Shown: in pieces, positions 13,180 through 26,400 of the stretch
Numbering within the stretch: position 1 is the first letter of the stretch
How the letters are laid out: every line of letters starts with the position of its first letter
Origin: Eledone cirrhosa
Lineage: Eukaryota
Direction of reading: 5' to 3'
Assembly: GCA_964016885.1 (NCBI GenBank)
Contig: OZ024745.1
Span: forward strand, 13,082,001-13,146,000
DNA length: 64,000 nucleotides
Translations under genes and position numbers: made by a program
Notes under the pieces: generated by a model
What the model was told of the DNA's origin: nothing
Databases searched by the model: none
The model's input: the letters and a program-made list of their open reading frames with translations, nothing else

Positions 13180-13870
13180 AGATTTCAGCACTTTACAGTG
13201 TGTACTGGGTGCATTTTATCGTGTTGCCACTGCCAGGGAGGTTGTCATGTACTTGACACAACTAAAGAGTCCTGCCAACCATGCCAAACAAAGAGTAGGG
13301 AGGACACTTCAGTTGTGTCATAGACATGACAACATTCCTAGTGCTAGTGTCACATTAAAATGTTGCCAGTACACTTAGTAAAGCACTGGAATGTCTGATC
13401 ATCATTGTCATCATATCATGTCCACCTACCATGCTAATATCAGTCAGATGAGTTATCATGGCCCATGATAACTTGCATATGTGTTCCATGTTTAGCATGG
13501 TTTCAATAGCTGGATGCCCTTCCTAATACCCTCGCAGAGTGTACAAGGTGCAATTTATCATGATACCAGTACTACCAACTTACAAAAATGTACAGGATGC
13601 ATTTTATTGTGACACGTGCACAAGAGAGTTTGTCCTCTCTACATCATATTGTCTTTATTTCATTGCCAACCACTTTACAGAATGTATTAGGTGCAGTTTA
13701 TCATGGCACCAGCACAAGAGATGTCGAATATCTGGCCAAACTGAAGAGTTTTCTCTGCACCATATAGTTTCCATTCAATTACCAACCACTTTACATAGGG
13801 TATTTTATCATGGTACCATCAACCACTTTACAGAGTGTACTGGGTGTGTTTTACATCACTATGTGGTAGT
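13180..13870 (-). mobile_element. Degenerate RTE 3' UTR remnants
   Basis: GCTGGATGCCCTTCCTAA is the reverse complement of the UTR at ~1040; repeated CACTTTACAGAGTGTACTGGGTG motifs. Confidence 0.55.
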
Positions 13871-14859
13871 GTCTTAGGCAAGTGTAAACCCTAGATAACG
13901 AATGCCTTGTTGAGTGTTGTGAAGTTAGAAAGTGATGGGATGTTGTGAGGCTGTGTTGTGGGGTTGCATTGTGAGGTTACATTGGGAGGTTGTGTTGTGA
14001 GGTTGCATTGTAAGGTTGTGTTATGATGTAGCATTACGAGACTGTGTTGTGATTTGATAGATATCTGAGCAATGAAAATTACCTTTGGCCCCCAACTGTA
14101 TTTTAGACAGTGTCACCTTAGCTGAGCAGTGGAAACACACATATGGCTTTCAGCAGTATGTTAGTCATTGTCACCTTAGCTGAGCAATGAAAACACACAT
14201 CCGTCCCTCAACAGTCAGTTAGTCACTTTCAACTAAAACTCATAGATGCGAGACTCCAGCATGGTCACAGTGCATTGTCTGATATCAGTAAAAGACGAGC
14301 ATTGTAACTATAAATACATTATGACTGTTTTTATTCATGTTAACAGTGAATTTAACATTCAAAGATATTTGTGTATATTTTGTTGATGTTTGACATTGCT
14401 TTTTTAGTTATGAAATAGCTTATAAACTACTTTATAGGATTACAGCATGAGCACACTGCTCTTTAAATTAACTTTATCTCCTCAGCACTTCGTAAAATCC
14501 AAGAAATAGGCAACATATATGTTTTACATTCTTTGTTATTGGTGTTTAGATGGAAGAGAAGACAAAGGCACAGAAGAAGACAAAAGTACAGAAGAAGAGA
14601 AAGGCACAGAAGAAGATAATGAAGATGAACAAAGACAATTATTACTACTATTGTTATTGTTATTATTATTTGTATTATTATAATCAAACTATGCTACACC
14701 ACCCCACGCTATACCACACCATCCTACACCACAGCACACTAGTATAAACATTATACTATACCACACTATATGAGACCACACCACACTATGAAACAATATA
14801 TGACACCACACCACACTATGAAACACTCTACTATACCACACTATAACACACCACTTTAA

Positions 14860-16915
14860 CCTGAATTCTAACACTAGAAGTAAACACTAACACTAATGGT
14901 AAACACTAACACTAACCTGATAACTAACACTAACCTGAATACTAACCCGAACACTATCACTAAAACTAACATTAATCCTAACATTAAGCTGAACACTAAC
15001 ACTAAAACTAACATTAACCAGAAAACTAAGCTAACATTAACCTGAACACTAACACAAACACTAACGCTAACACAAACAGAAATACTAACACAAACACTAA
15101 CACTAAAATTAACACAAACACAAACACTAATACTAACACTAACCTTAACCTGAACACTAACACTAAAACTAACATTAACACTGACATTAATCTGAATACT
15201 AACACTAAAAGTAAACACTAACACTAAAAGTAAACACTAACACTAAAAGTAACACTAACACTAACTAGAAAACTAACACTAACCAGAACGCTAACACTAA
15301 CACTAACACAAAAACTAACACTACCATAAACACTAACACAAACACTAACACTAACCTGAGCACTAATAGAAAAAAGTAACACTAACATTAGCCTGAACAG
15401 TAATACTAAAACTAACACTAACCTGAAAACTAACACTAACCATAAAACTAAGTTAACATTAACCTGAACACTATCACAAACACTAACGCTAACATTAACA
15501 GAATTATTAGCACAAGCACTAACACAGAAACACTAATACTAACACAATCACTAACACTAACACTAAAACTAACATTAATACTAACATTAACCTGAAATCT
15601 AATACTAAAGGTAAACACTAACACTAACCTGAACACTAACACTAAAACTAACATTAACCCTAACATTAACCTGAATGCTAACACTAACTAGAAAACTAAC
15701 ACTAACACTAAAACTATCATAAACACTAACACAGACACTAACACTAACCTGAGCACTAATACAAAAAGTAACACTAACATTAACCTGAACAGTAATACTA
15801 AAACTAACACTAACCTGAAAACTAACACTAACCAGAAAACTAAGCTAACATTAACCTGAACACTATCACAAACACGAACGATAACATTAACAGAAATACT
15901 AACACAAACACTAATACAGAAACACTAATACTAACACAATCACTAAATCTAACATTAACCCTAACATTTACCTGAACACTAACACTAACTAGAAAACTAA
16001 CCCTAACCCTAACCTGAGCACTAATACAAAAAGAAACACTAACATTAACCTGAACAGTAATACAAAAACTAACACTAACCAGAAAAGTAAGCTAACATTA
16101 ACCTGAACACTATAAAACACTAACGCTAACATTAACAGAAATACTAACACAAACACTAACACAAAAACTAACATTAACACTAAAACTAATATTAACACTA
16201 ACATTAACCTGAAATCTAACACTAAAAGTAACATGAACACTAACCTGAAAACTAACACTAACACTAAAACTAACACTACCATAACACTAACACTAATCTG
16301 AGCACTAATACAAAATGTAACACTAACATTAACCTGAACAGTAATACTAAAACTAACACTAACCTGAAAACTAACACAACCAGAAAACTAAGTTAACATT
16401 AACCTGAACACTATCACAAACACTAACGCTAACATTAACAGAATTATTATCACAAACACTAACACAGAAACACTAATACTAACACAATCACTAACACTAA
16501 CACTAACATTAACACTAACTTTAACCTAAACACTAACACTAACATGAACACTAACCAGAAGACTAAGCTAACATTAACCTGAACACTAATGCTAACATTA
16601 ACACCAAATAAAAAAGACTAACACAATCACTAACACTAATGGAAATACTAACACTAACACAATCACTAACACTAATGGAAATACTAACACTAACACAAAC
16701 ACTAATACAAAATCAAACACTAATGGAAACACTAACACTGACCTTAACACTAACACTCATAATAACCTGAACACTAACGCAAACACTAAAACAAACACTC
16801 ACTAAAACAAACACTCACTAAAACAAACACTCACTAAAACAAACACTCACTAAAACAAACACTCACTAAAACAAACACTCACTAAAACAAACACCCAATA
16901 ACACAAAGACAAACA
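14860..16915. repeat. Degenerate (AACACT)n hexamer satellite, including a perfect 16-bp array ACTAAAACAAACACTC at ~16785-16893
   Basis: Direct reading; higher-order re-duplication of several-hundred-bp blocks. Confidence 0.9.
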
Positions 16916-18310
16916 CTAAAACCCTCTAACACTAACAGAGAGCTCAATGCTGATACTGACGCAGATGCCTACGCTGACGCAAACGATTATGCTAACGCAA
17001 ACGCTGACACAATTGCTAACACAAATGCTGACACAAATGCTAATGTGAATATTGACGCAGGCCCAAACGCGAATGCTGACGTAGACGCTGACACAGACGT
17101 TAATGCAAACACGAACGCTGACACTAACACAAATGCTGACGAAGATGCTAACACAAATACTAACACTGATGCAGACTCTAAAACTGACGCAGAGGGTAAC
17201 GCAAACGCTGACACAGACGCTAACACGAACCCTAATGCTGACATTAACACAAATACTAATGCTGACACAGACGCTAATGCAAAAGCTAACGCTGCCACAA
17301 ATGCAGATACAAACACAAATGCTGACGTAGACGAGAACGCAGATGATGACAGCGATACTAACACGATCCCTTACGCAGACGTAAACTTTGACGCAGATGC
17401 TATAGGAAACGCTGACGCAAATGCTGATGCTATCGCAAAAGCTTATGCAGACGCTAAGGCAGACGCTAACGCAGACGCTGATAGCACCACCAGCGTTTAC
17501 CCCGACGCCGAAGCCGATATGCAACGCAATGCCGATGCGGACGCAAATGCAAACACAAATGCTAACGCTAACGCTGATGCATATGCTGAGACAGAGAGAC
17601 ATAACCGCCGACACTGATGTAAACACTGATGCTAAGGCAAATGCTGACGCGGGCATACAGCCAACGTTTACGCTGACGCAAATTTGCTGAGGCAAAGGCA
17701 AACTCTGATGTTGTTTAGGCTTCCCAGACGCGGACGCCAACGGAAAGGTTGACGGAACCGCTGAGCTAATGCAAACGCTGACGCACATGCTAACGCAAAA
17801 GCCAACGCTAACGCTGATGCAAATGCTGAGGCAGACGTATATGTTGATGCAAACGCTGACACAGTCGCTAAAGGGAAAGGTTGTCGCAAACGCTAACGCT
17901 GACACTAACGAAGACACTGATTCAAACGTTAACGCAGACACTGATACAAACACTAATGCTGACACTAACGAAGACACTGACGCAAACACTAACGCAGATA
18001 CTGACGCAAACACTAACGCGGATACTGATAGAGACACTGACGCTAAGGCAAACGCTGATGCAATCGCTATCACAGACGCAAACGCTGACGTAGATGCTGA
18101 CACTGACGCAAACGCTAAGGCTAATGCAAACATTAACGCAGATGCTAACACAAACTCTATATAAACACTAGCTTACATAGACGCTTATGCAAATGCTAAC
18201 ATTGACGCAAAGAGTGGCGCTAACAATAACACTAACAGTAACACAGTCATTAACAATAAACTTACCATTAACTGTAAAACTTACCTTAACACTAACCCTA
18301 AATCTAACAT
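16916..18310. repeat. Degenerate (AACGCT/GACGCA/AATGCT) hexamer low-complexity tract
   Basis: Hexamer periodicity; ORFs on both strands are dipeptide repeats (NA/DT, VC/AS). Confidence 0.8.
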
Positions 18311-18379
18311 TAATCCAGCTATAGAAGATAGGCATTATATTTTAAAGATTTTAAGTTAGAGAGAATCACGCTATACCAT

Positions 18380-20640
18380 ACAACACAATAACACAACACA
18401 CCACACTAACCTACACAACACCAAACCAGATGATACCATATCCTGGTAAATTTACGATAGGTTTCCATGTCATAACTTCACCAAACAAAAACCTCACCAT
18501 ACCAAACTACACCAAACCAAACCCCACCATACCAAACAACACCATACTACATTACACCATGCTATTGATCTGTGTGAAAAATTTTCTTCCTGTTTTTTTT
18601 TTTTGTGTGTGCTTATCACCCGATTTGACATGAAAGGTGCTCACAATTGACTATTTTTTTGCAAATTACCCCAAACTACCCAAACCACAAGATACCAAAC
18701 CACACCATACCAAACTACACCATACAACATCATACTGTGGTAAATTTATTCAAGAACACCTACTCCTTGATCTCAGTATGAAACATTTTCTTTCGTTTAT
18801 TTATTTATTTATTTTTTTTTGTGTGGTTACCACCCGATCTGACATCAGAGGTGCTCGCAAATGACTATTTTTTGCACATATTATCAATGAATATGACATA
18901 GAAACTTGTCAAAAATGACTAGCTTTGTAGAAAAAAGAGGGTGGAAGTGGGTGGAAATACCATTTACAAAGCTAGTCATTTTTGATTGCAGTTGAAGTCA
19001 TATTTGTTGTTTAGTCAACTGCAAGCATCTTGGCAGTTGGATTGGTTAATAGCACATGGAAAAAACAGAGGAAAAATTTGTTTCTGATTTAAATCAAAGT
19101 GGAAATTAAAGTCCTTACTTTATAGGGAAACACATTATAACAAAGCAGACCACACCACATTAAACTACCCCACATCATACCAAACTACATCATACTACAT
19201 CACACCATGGTAAATTTATTGCAGATCACCTACTCCTACCATTCCGATCACACAATGGTATTTACATCAATGTGACAAATTTTCTTCCCTCTTTTTTTTT
19301 CCCTTTTTTTTTTGTGTGTGATTACCACCCAATCTGACATCAAAGATGATGGCAATTGACTATTTTCTCACACATTATCAATGAATATATCATGAAAACC
19401 TATCGTTTACTATTGGTTTCCATGTCATAACTTCACCAAACCAAACCACACCATACCAAACTACACCAAACCATACCAAACTACACCAAGCCAAACCACA
19501 GAATACCAAACTACTACATCTCACCATACTATTGATCTGTGTGAAAAATTTTCTTCCTGTTTTTTTTTTTTTGTCTGCTTACCACCCAATTTGACATCAG
19601 AGGTGCTCACAATTGACTATTTTATGCACATATCAATGAATTTGACATGGAAACTTGTCAAAAATGACTAGCTTTGTAGAAAAAAGAGGGTGGAAGTGGG
19701 TGGAAATACCATTTACAAAGCTAGTCATTTTTGATTGCAGTTGAAGTCATATCTGTTGTTTAGTCAACTGCAAGCATCTTGGCAGTTGGATTGGTTAATA
19801 GCACATGGAAAAAACAGAAGAAAAATGTTTTTCTGACTTGATTCAAAGTGGTAATTAAAGTCCTTACTTTATAGGGAAACACATTATAATAAAGCAGATC
19901 ACACCACATTAAACTATCCCAAACTTTACCATACTACATCATATCATGGTAAATTTATTGGAGAACACCTACTCCTACCATTTACATCATACCATGGTCT
20001 TGACATAATTTTTTTTGTGTGGTTACCACCCAATCTGACATCAAAGGTGCTTGCAATTGACTATTTTCTCACACATTATCAATGAATATGTCATGAAAAC
20101 CTATCGTTTACGATTGGTTTCCATGTCATAACTTCACCAAACCAAACCACACCATACTAAACTACACCAAACCCAAACTATAACAAACTACACCAAGCCA
20201 AACCACAGAATACCAAACTACATCATACTACATTACACCATGTTATTGATCTGTGTGAAAAATTTTCTTCCTGTTTTTGGGGGGTTTTTTTTCCCTCTGT
20301 CTGCATGTGTGCATGTGCGCGCACGCGCGCGCGTGTGTGTGCTTACCACCTAATCTGACCTCCAAGTTGCTTGCAATTGCCTTTTTTTCACATATCAATG
20401 AATGTGACCTTGAAACTGTGGGAAATGACTAGCTTTGTCGAGAAATGAGGGCGGCAAGTGGGAGGAAAAACGATTGACAAAGCTATTCATTTTTTATGGC
20501 AGTGCATATCATAGTCGTTGAGAATATGCAAAAAGAATACTTGATTGCGTGCATCTTGGAGGTCAGATAAGTTGAAAGCACATGAAAAACAAAGGAAAAC
20601 AAATTTTCCAGCTAAAATTGTTCTACCTGTCTGTCTACCT
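18380..20640. repeat. Tandem array (~750-bp period) of foldback units
   Basis: Core inverted repeats at 18909-18985, 19658-19734 and 20423-20492; extra left-arm half-copies and CACACCA-rich linkers. Confidence 0.8.
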
Positions 20641-20644
20641 ACCC

Positions 20645-20751
<107 letters not shown>

Positions 20752-21123
20752 AAGGTTAAAGAAGGTTCAATGAATAAATCAAAGAATGAGTTTTACAATA
20801 GATTGGAAGCATATTTAAATTATTAAACTGTTATATTGCTACCATGTATTTTTAAAACTTTCTCACACGTACCCTCTCTATTGTATGTATTATCTTTTTC
20901 TCATGTTTTCAATATTAAGGTATATAAATATTGGATTTTGTCATATATTATTCACTACCACGACTGAATCTTAACCATCTACCATGTCAGGGTATGTCAT
21001 GCATCATCTTATTTTATCTGATGAGGACATACTGTTGAAGTTAACTCAGACCTCTGAAATATGTATAATAAAATATACTTGATCACAAGAATATCTATTT
21101 TGTTAAAATTTCGAATTAATATA

Positions 21124-21179
<56 letters not shown>

Positions 21180-21183
<4 letters not shown>

Positions 21184-22860
21184 GCGACAGACAAGATTTG
21201 TGGTTGGAGCAAGATCACAGGGAGGAGGAGAGTGACTTGGTGATGGAACAATAAGGTAGAATGGGGGAAGCAGGGTACATTACATAGAGACAGGAGGGAA
21301 ACTAGGCGATAAGTATACTTAGCTAGAAGGGAAGCGGAGGATAGAAAATTGAAGCATGTTTTGCAGCGTGGGGACCAGAAACAGGAGGTGTTCAGGATCG
21401 CAAGGCAGTGTGTCAGAGAGAATTGTGATGTCATTGGAGAGAAGTGTATCCGGAATGATAAAGGTGAGCTTGCCCTCACAAGTGCCGAGAAGAAAGCTGC
21501 GTGGAAGAGCCATTGTGAAAGATTATTAAATGAGGAGAATGCATGGGAGAAAGAGACTCTACTCCAAGTGGACCCTATAGAGGGGCCAGCAGTACAAGTC
21601 AGCAGCAGTGTAGTAAGTAAGGCAATCAAAGATATGAAGACTGGGAAGGCAACCAGTCCAACGGGTATAGCTGCCAAGATGCTGAAAACAATTGGATCGG
21701 TAGGTCACACTAGATCCACACATATTGTTAACCAGGTAATACTAGAGTGTGTCATACCAAAGGATTGGCACAGCAGCATCATTGTCAACTGCTACGAGGA
21801 TAAAGGAAATGCACTAGATAGAGGAAACTAGAGCTATAAAGCTGATGGACCAGGTCATGAAAGTAACGGAGAGAGATATAGCACAGTTGATTAGGGACTG
21901 GGTAAAACTTGATGAGATGCAGTTTGGGTTTGTGCCAGGAAGAGGCTCCACTGATGCCCTCTTCTTTGTGAAGCAGTTACAGGAAAAGTATCTAGTTAAA
22001 AGTAAGCCTCTCTACCTGGCATTTGTCGATCTGGAAAAAGCCTTCAATAGAGTGCCCCATGCTATAATCTGGTGGGCTCTTAGAAAACTAGGAGTAGATG
22101 AATGGCTTGTGAAAGCTGTACAAACCATGAATAGGGGGCAGTCAGCAAAGTTAAGGTTAACAATGACTATAGCGAGGAATATAGCATACAGGTCGGTGTC
22201 CACCATGGCTCTATTCTTAGCCCTCTCCTGTTCATTATAGTATTGCAGGCAATAACAGAAGAGTTTAAGACTGGATGCACATGGGAACTCCTGTATGCGG
22301 ATGATCTCAGACTTATAGCTGAATCTATGGTGGAACTAGAGAAGAAATATCAAACATGGAAGAAGGGACTAAAAGGAAAGGGTCTCAAAGTCAACTCGAC
22401 AAAGACTAAGGTCCTCGTAAGTAGATGAGAAAACAGATCCCAGATCCCTTCAGGGAAGTGGCCTTGCTCAGTATATAGGAAAGGTGTAGGTAGGAACTCC
22501 ATCCTCTGCCCCAAATGCAAACAATGGGTACACAAGAAGTGTAGTGGGATCTCAGGAAGCTTAGCTAAGAATGTAGGATTTACATGTAGCAGTTGCACCG
22601 GGACAGCAAGCAGCAAACAGCCACAGGAAAGAAGCACCTTCAAACTCTGGGAGGACTCAGTAGAAACAGTAGACAGCTTTTGCTACCTAGGTGACCAAAT
22701 TAGCAGTGGAGATGGGTGCTCGGAAAGTACAATAACTAGGGTAAGAATGGGAAGGAAGAAGTTCAGGGAGCCACTGCTAACTGCTAAAGGCTTTTCCCTC
22801 AAAATGAAAGGCAGACTGTATGATGCGTGCATTCGAACAGCAATGTTACATGGTAGTGAG
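21180..22860 (+). mobile_element. RTE-clade LINE, RT region, frameshifted; same family as 1-2923
   Basis: QFGFVPGRGSTDA, FVDLEKAFNRVP, LLYADDL, PHD-like insert, CYLGD. Confidence 0.92.
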
Positions 22861-23330
22861 ACATTATACCTAGAATAAGGACAGGTTGGAAGAAGTTTAG
22901 GGGGCTGCTTCCTCTGTTGACGAAGAAAGGTTTCTCCCTGTGTACGAAAGGTCGGTTATATGATGCATGTGTGAGACACACTGCTGCATGATACGACCAA
23001 GCATAGATGAGTTGGGAGAGAAACTACGTATAAGAGGGATAAGTTATAGTGTGCGGGAGAGAAGACTGCAATGGTATGGACATGTGATGCGCATGGAGGA
23101 TGACCGCTTGGTAAAGTGCCAAGAAAACCCAGTAGAAGGAAGATGTGGTAGAGGAAGACCACGGAAAACATGGGCGGAGGTGGTGAGAGCAGACCTCAGA
23201 TTGCTGGAGCTCGCGGAGGAGATGACGAAGGACCGTGACAAATGGAAAGATGCTGTGCTGAATAGGACCCGTCCCACACTTGCAAGCAGGGAAAAGTGGA
23301 CGTAAAATGTTGATGATGAATGATGATGAT
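22861..23330 (+). mobile_element. 3' fragment of a related RTE subfamily (also at 37800-38012 and ~55090-55441)
   Basis: RRLQWYGHV and GRGRPRKTW; GGACGTAAAATG followed by a (GAT)n tail. Confidence 0.85.
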
Positions 23331-23380
23331 ATATATGTTTATATGTATGTATATGTATATACATATGTATGCATGTATAT

Positions 23381-23443
<63 letters not shown>

Positions 23444-23444
23444 A

Positions 23445-24924
23445 TGTGGATAGTGTTGCCTTATCTGAAACAAGAGGGTCATACCACTGAGATGTCCAGT
23501 GGCTATATGTTTTACTGGAGTGGCAGAGCAGCAGGGTGCAAAAGAGAGGAAGGTGTGAGTTTTGCAGTGAAAACATCTTTGGTGTCGACACTTGACCAGT
23601 TTTCAAGTGGCGTCAGTGATCATCTCATGTCAATGAGAATTCCTCTGATGTACAATCGGTACCTTACCATTGTCAGTGTATATGCCCTGACGATGAACTC
23701 CAATGAAGACGAGAAACTCACCTTTTACAGGTCTTTGAAGGAACTTGTCAAAAAGATTCCTTCAGCAGACAAAATTGTCATACTTGGTGATTTCAAAGCA
23801 CGTGTTGGCAGGGATTACGAGACTTGGGATGTGATCGGCAGGCATAGCATGGGAAAATGTAACAGCAATGGTCTCCTCTTGCTACAGATGCGTGTGGAGT
23901 TAGATTTGTTCATTGCAAGCACGATGTTCCAGCAAAAGGATAAGTTCAAGACAACATGGATGCATCCTGGGTCGAAAATGAGGCATCTAATCGACTATGT
24001 TCTTGTGAAGAAATGTGACGCAGAATATCAAGTATGTGTGTATTCTGCGTGGTGCAGAGTGCTGGACAGACCATCGTCTGGTGCGTGCCAAGGCAAACTT
24101 TGTGATCAAACCTCAAACAAGAGCAAATGGTGTAAAAATTCCAAAGCCCTTGAATATGGATTGTATGAAAGATAAGGGTGTCAAGGAAGAGCTGAGTTGC
24201 AGGCTTGAAAGCATTGATCGTGCGAACAACTGGAATGACTTCAGGAGCTCAGTCTATGAGGCTTCAGCTGAGGTCTTTGGCTTTGTCACAAGAAAACACA
24301 AGGACTGGTTTGATGAGAATAACAGGGAGGTCAAGGCTCTGCTGGACAGAAAACAAAAAGCACTTGATGCAGTTCTTAAAGGTGGTAGCTCTATTGGTGA
24401 CAATTATGAGTGTTACAGACATGTAAAAAAGGAGATGCAGGTGAAACTCGGGCCAGGCAAAATACCTGATAGAGCAACAAAGCAGATGAGGTTCAAGCGG
24501 CTTCTGATGGCAAATATGTGTAACTGCTGCTTTCTCTATTCAGAGAGGTGTATGGTCCTTTTAGCTCACCAGTGATACCATTGAGATCAAAAGATGGCAA
24601 GCAGTTGCTGCACGATACAAAAGACATACTCGACAGATGGAGAGATCACTTTGATGAGCTCTTAAACCAGCCATCCCAGGTTGATGATGATTTCATTTGC
24701 TCCATTCCTATTGAACCAGTGAAGCATATGAGATGGCTAATGTATCTTCTCTTGCAGAGGTGACTTTTGCTGTGGTAAGTCTCCTGGTATGGATGGTCTG
24801 AGTGCAGAGATTTTGAAGTGCGGTGGTGAAAACTTCATGCAGCACCTGACCTCATGAAAAAGGTGTGGGAAGATGAGAATGTCTCACAAGATTGGAAGGA
24901 TGCACTCATGGTGATTCTCATGGT
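23445..24924 (+). mobile_element. RTE LINE endonuclease/linker fragment, related to the 4729-11940 family
   Basis: LSETR-like start, GDFKARVG, TWMHPGSK, LIDYVL, ECWTDH, DWFDEN. Confidence 0.88.
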
Positions 24925-25510
24925 GAACTGAGTTTGAATCCCTAAAACTCGAGAAGTACCCAACCGACTTTTTTCAAACTTTACATGTGTATTACTTATG
25001 TTTCACGGAGTGTTATGCATATAAAGAATTCAACTTTTTGATCCCCTAGGGCCCACATTAGTTGAAAAACTGCGATTTTTCAGGTTTTAGGGTTTTTTTT
25101 AGTCGTTACGTCAGAATGATTTCCTTGAAATTGTAACTATCTATTAATCAGTCTCTTCTTCATACCGTGAGCAAAGAAAATCCAACTTGTTTATGGCCTA
25201 GGACCCGCATTAGGTGAAAAACTTCATTTTTTCAGCTTTTTAGGGCCTTCTAGCCGATTTTCCCGAAATTTCAAGGCATATTATTCACATAAAAAAAATT
25301 CATTTTCTTGATCCCTAGGGCCCGCATGAGGTGAAAATCTGCATTTTTCCTGCTTCATCGAGGGAAATCTTAAAGATTATCCAGCCATCAGAATATTCGG
25401 TTTATTTTCTTTACATATTGTCCAGGCATGCAGTTTTTCCACGATTAGGTCTGTTGGCGGCCCGCGTTCCAAAATACCTTATCCCGTGCAACGCCGGGTA
25501 CCACTGCTAG
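24925..25510 (+). mobile_element. Non-autonomous Helitron, 3' part with intact terminus
   Basis: GC hairpin CCCGTGCAACGCCGGG (25483-25498), then CTAG (25507-25510) followed by T. Confidence 0.8.
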
Positions 25511-25685
25511 TATGTAATATGAGGTTATTTCCCTTCAACAGTGTTTGTCAATATTAATTCTCTAATGTATAGATTCTTTTCTTTTCTCCTTTCCTCATAA
25601 TCTTTTAATTCATATTTTATAATGAAAGTTTTGAACCAATATGAGAATTTTTTTTCAGTAGAAACAATAGTTTATAACTTTGCCT

Positions 25686-26400
25686 ATTAATCCGTATGGT
25701 GAGCAAATGGGGTCCCATATGCTGGCCTCCCCATATCCCCAGCAGACAGGATGGAGAAGATGTTTCCCCGGAAGACGGTCAGGGAGATGCGCTGGAAGAA
25801 CCATTCCAACTCGCGAGGCGCACACCTGCGGCTGGCCAGCTCAGCACCTATGGTGGTGAATGGGAGGTAGTCCTAGGGCCAAGGACACCAGACGTCTCCA
25901 CAACCAAGGGCACGACCGCGAATCTGTTGGGGATCGACCGGTATTTGGAGAATTTGGCCTCCTCAGCCCGACGTGCAGCAGTACCTGGGTTAGTCGCAGA
26001 CTGCACCAGGTAGCGGCTGGAGAAAGTGTCGCTGCAAGTGGCATCCCAGACGAGGGATTTGCCACCGCGGAACGGAAGATGGTCATCCACTCGATCCAGC
26101 CCCATCGGCTCGAGTTGGGAGGGGAAGCCTACAGCGTCCAAGCCATGCTCAATGACCTTGTTGAGGGCAGCATGGCGTGTAAGGCGGCTGGCACTGTGGC
26201 GACAGGAAAGCAGGGTTTGGAGGCCGCGCGAAAACAGGCAAGGGGGTGCTGGTCGAGCTGGCGCGGGAGGCTGTTGAGGCCAGGCTGCACTGGATGGTAT
26301 CCCATAAGCTTTGGGGGAGAAGGAGGAGGGACGTCTACTGGTGTAAGTCCCAGCCTGTCCCACGTCTCATAGGCGACTTCACGCTCCCTGAACACAGAGG
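25686..26400 (-). mobile_element. C-terminal restriction-like endonuclease fragment of a CRE-like non-LTR retrotransposon (partial copy at ~44441-44740)
   Basis: RHAALN..LEP.GLDR.D, GKSLVWDATCSDT, AEEAKFSKY, VVETSGVLG, FFQRISLTVFRGN; the RPDG motif is deleted. Confidence 0.8.

Larger units (their letters stand above)
12317..14683 (+). other. Candidate spliced mini-gene or pseudogene: exons 12317-12364, 12955-13076 and 14550-14683, encoding an acidic Glu/Asp/Lys-rich peptide
   Basis: Polypyrimidine-AG acceptors before all three exons; GTAAGT and GTATGA donors; exons 2 and 3 both begin tttag|ATGGAAGAGAAGA. Exon 2 needs one extra base to stay open. Confidence 0.4.
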
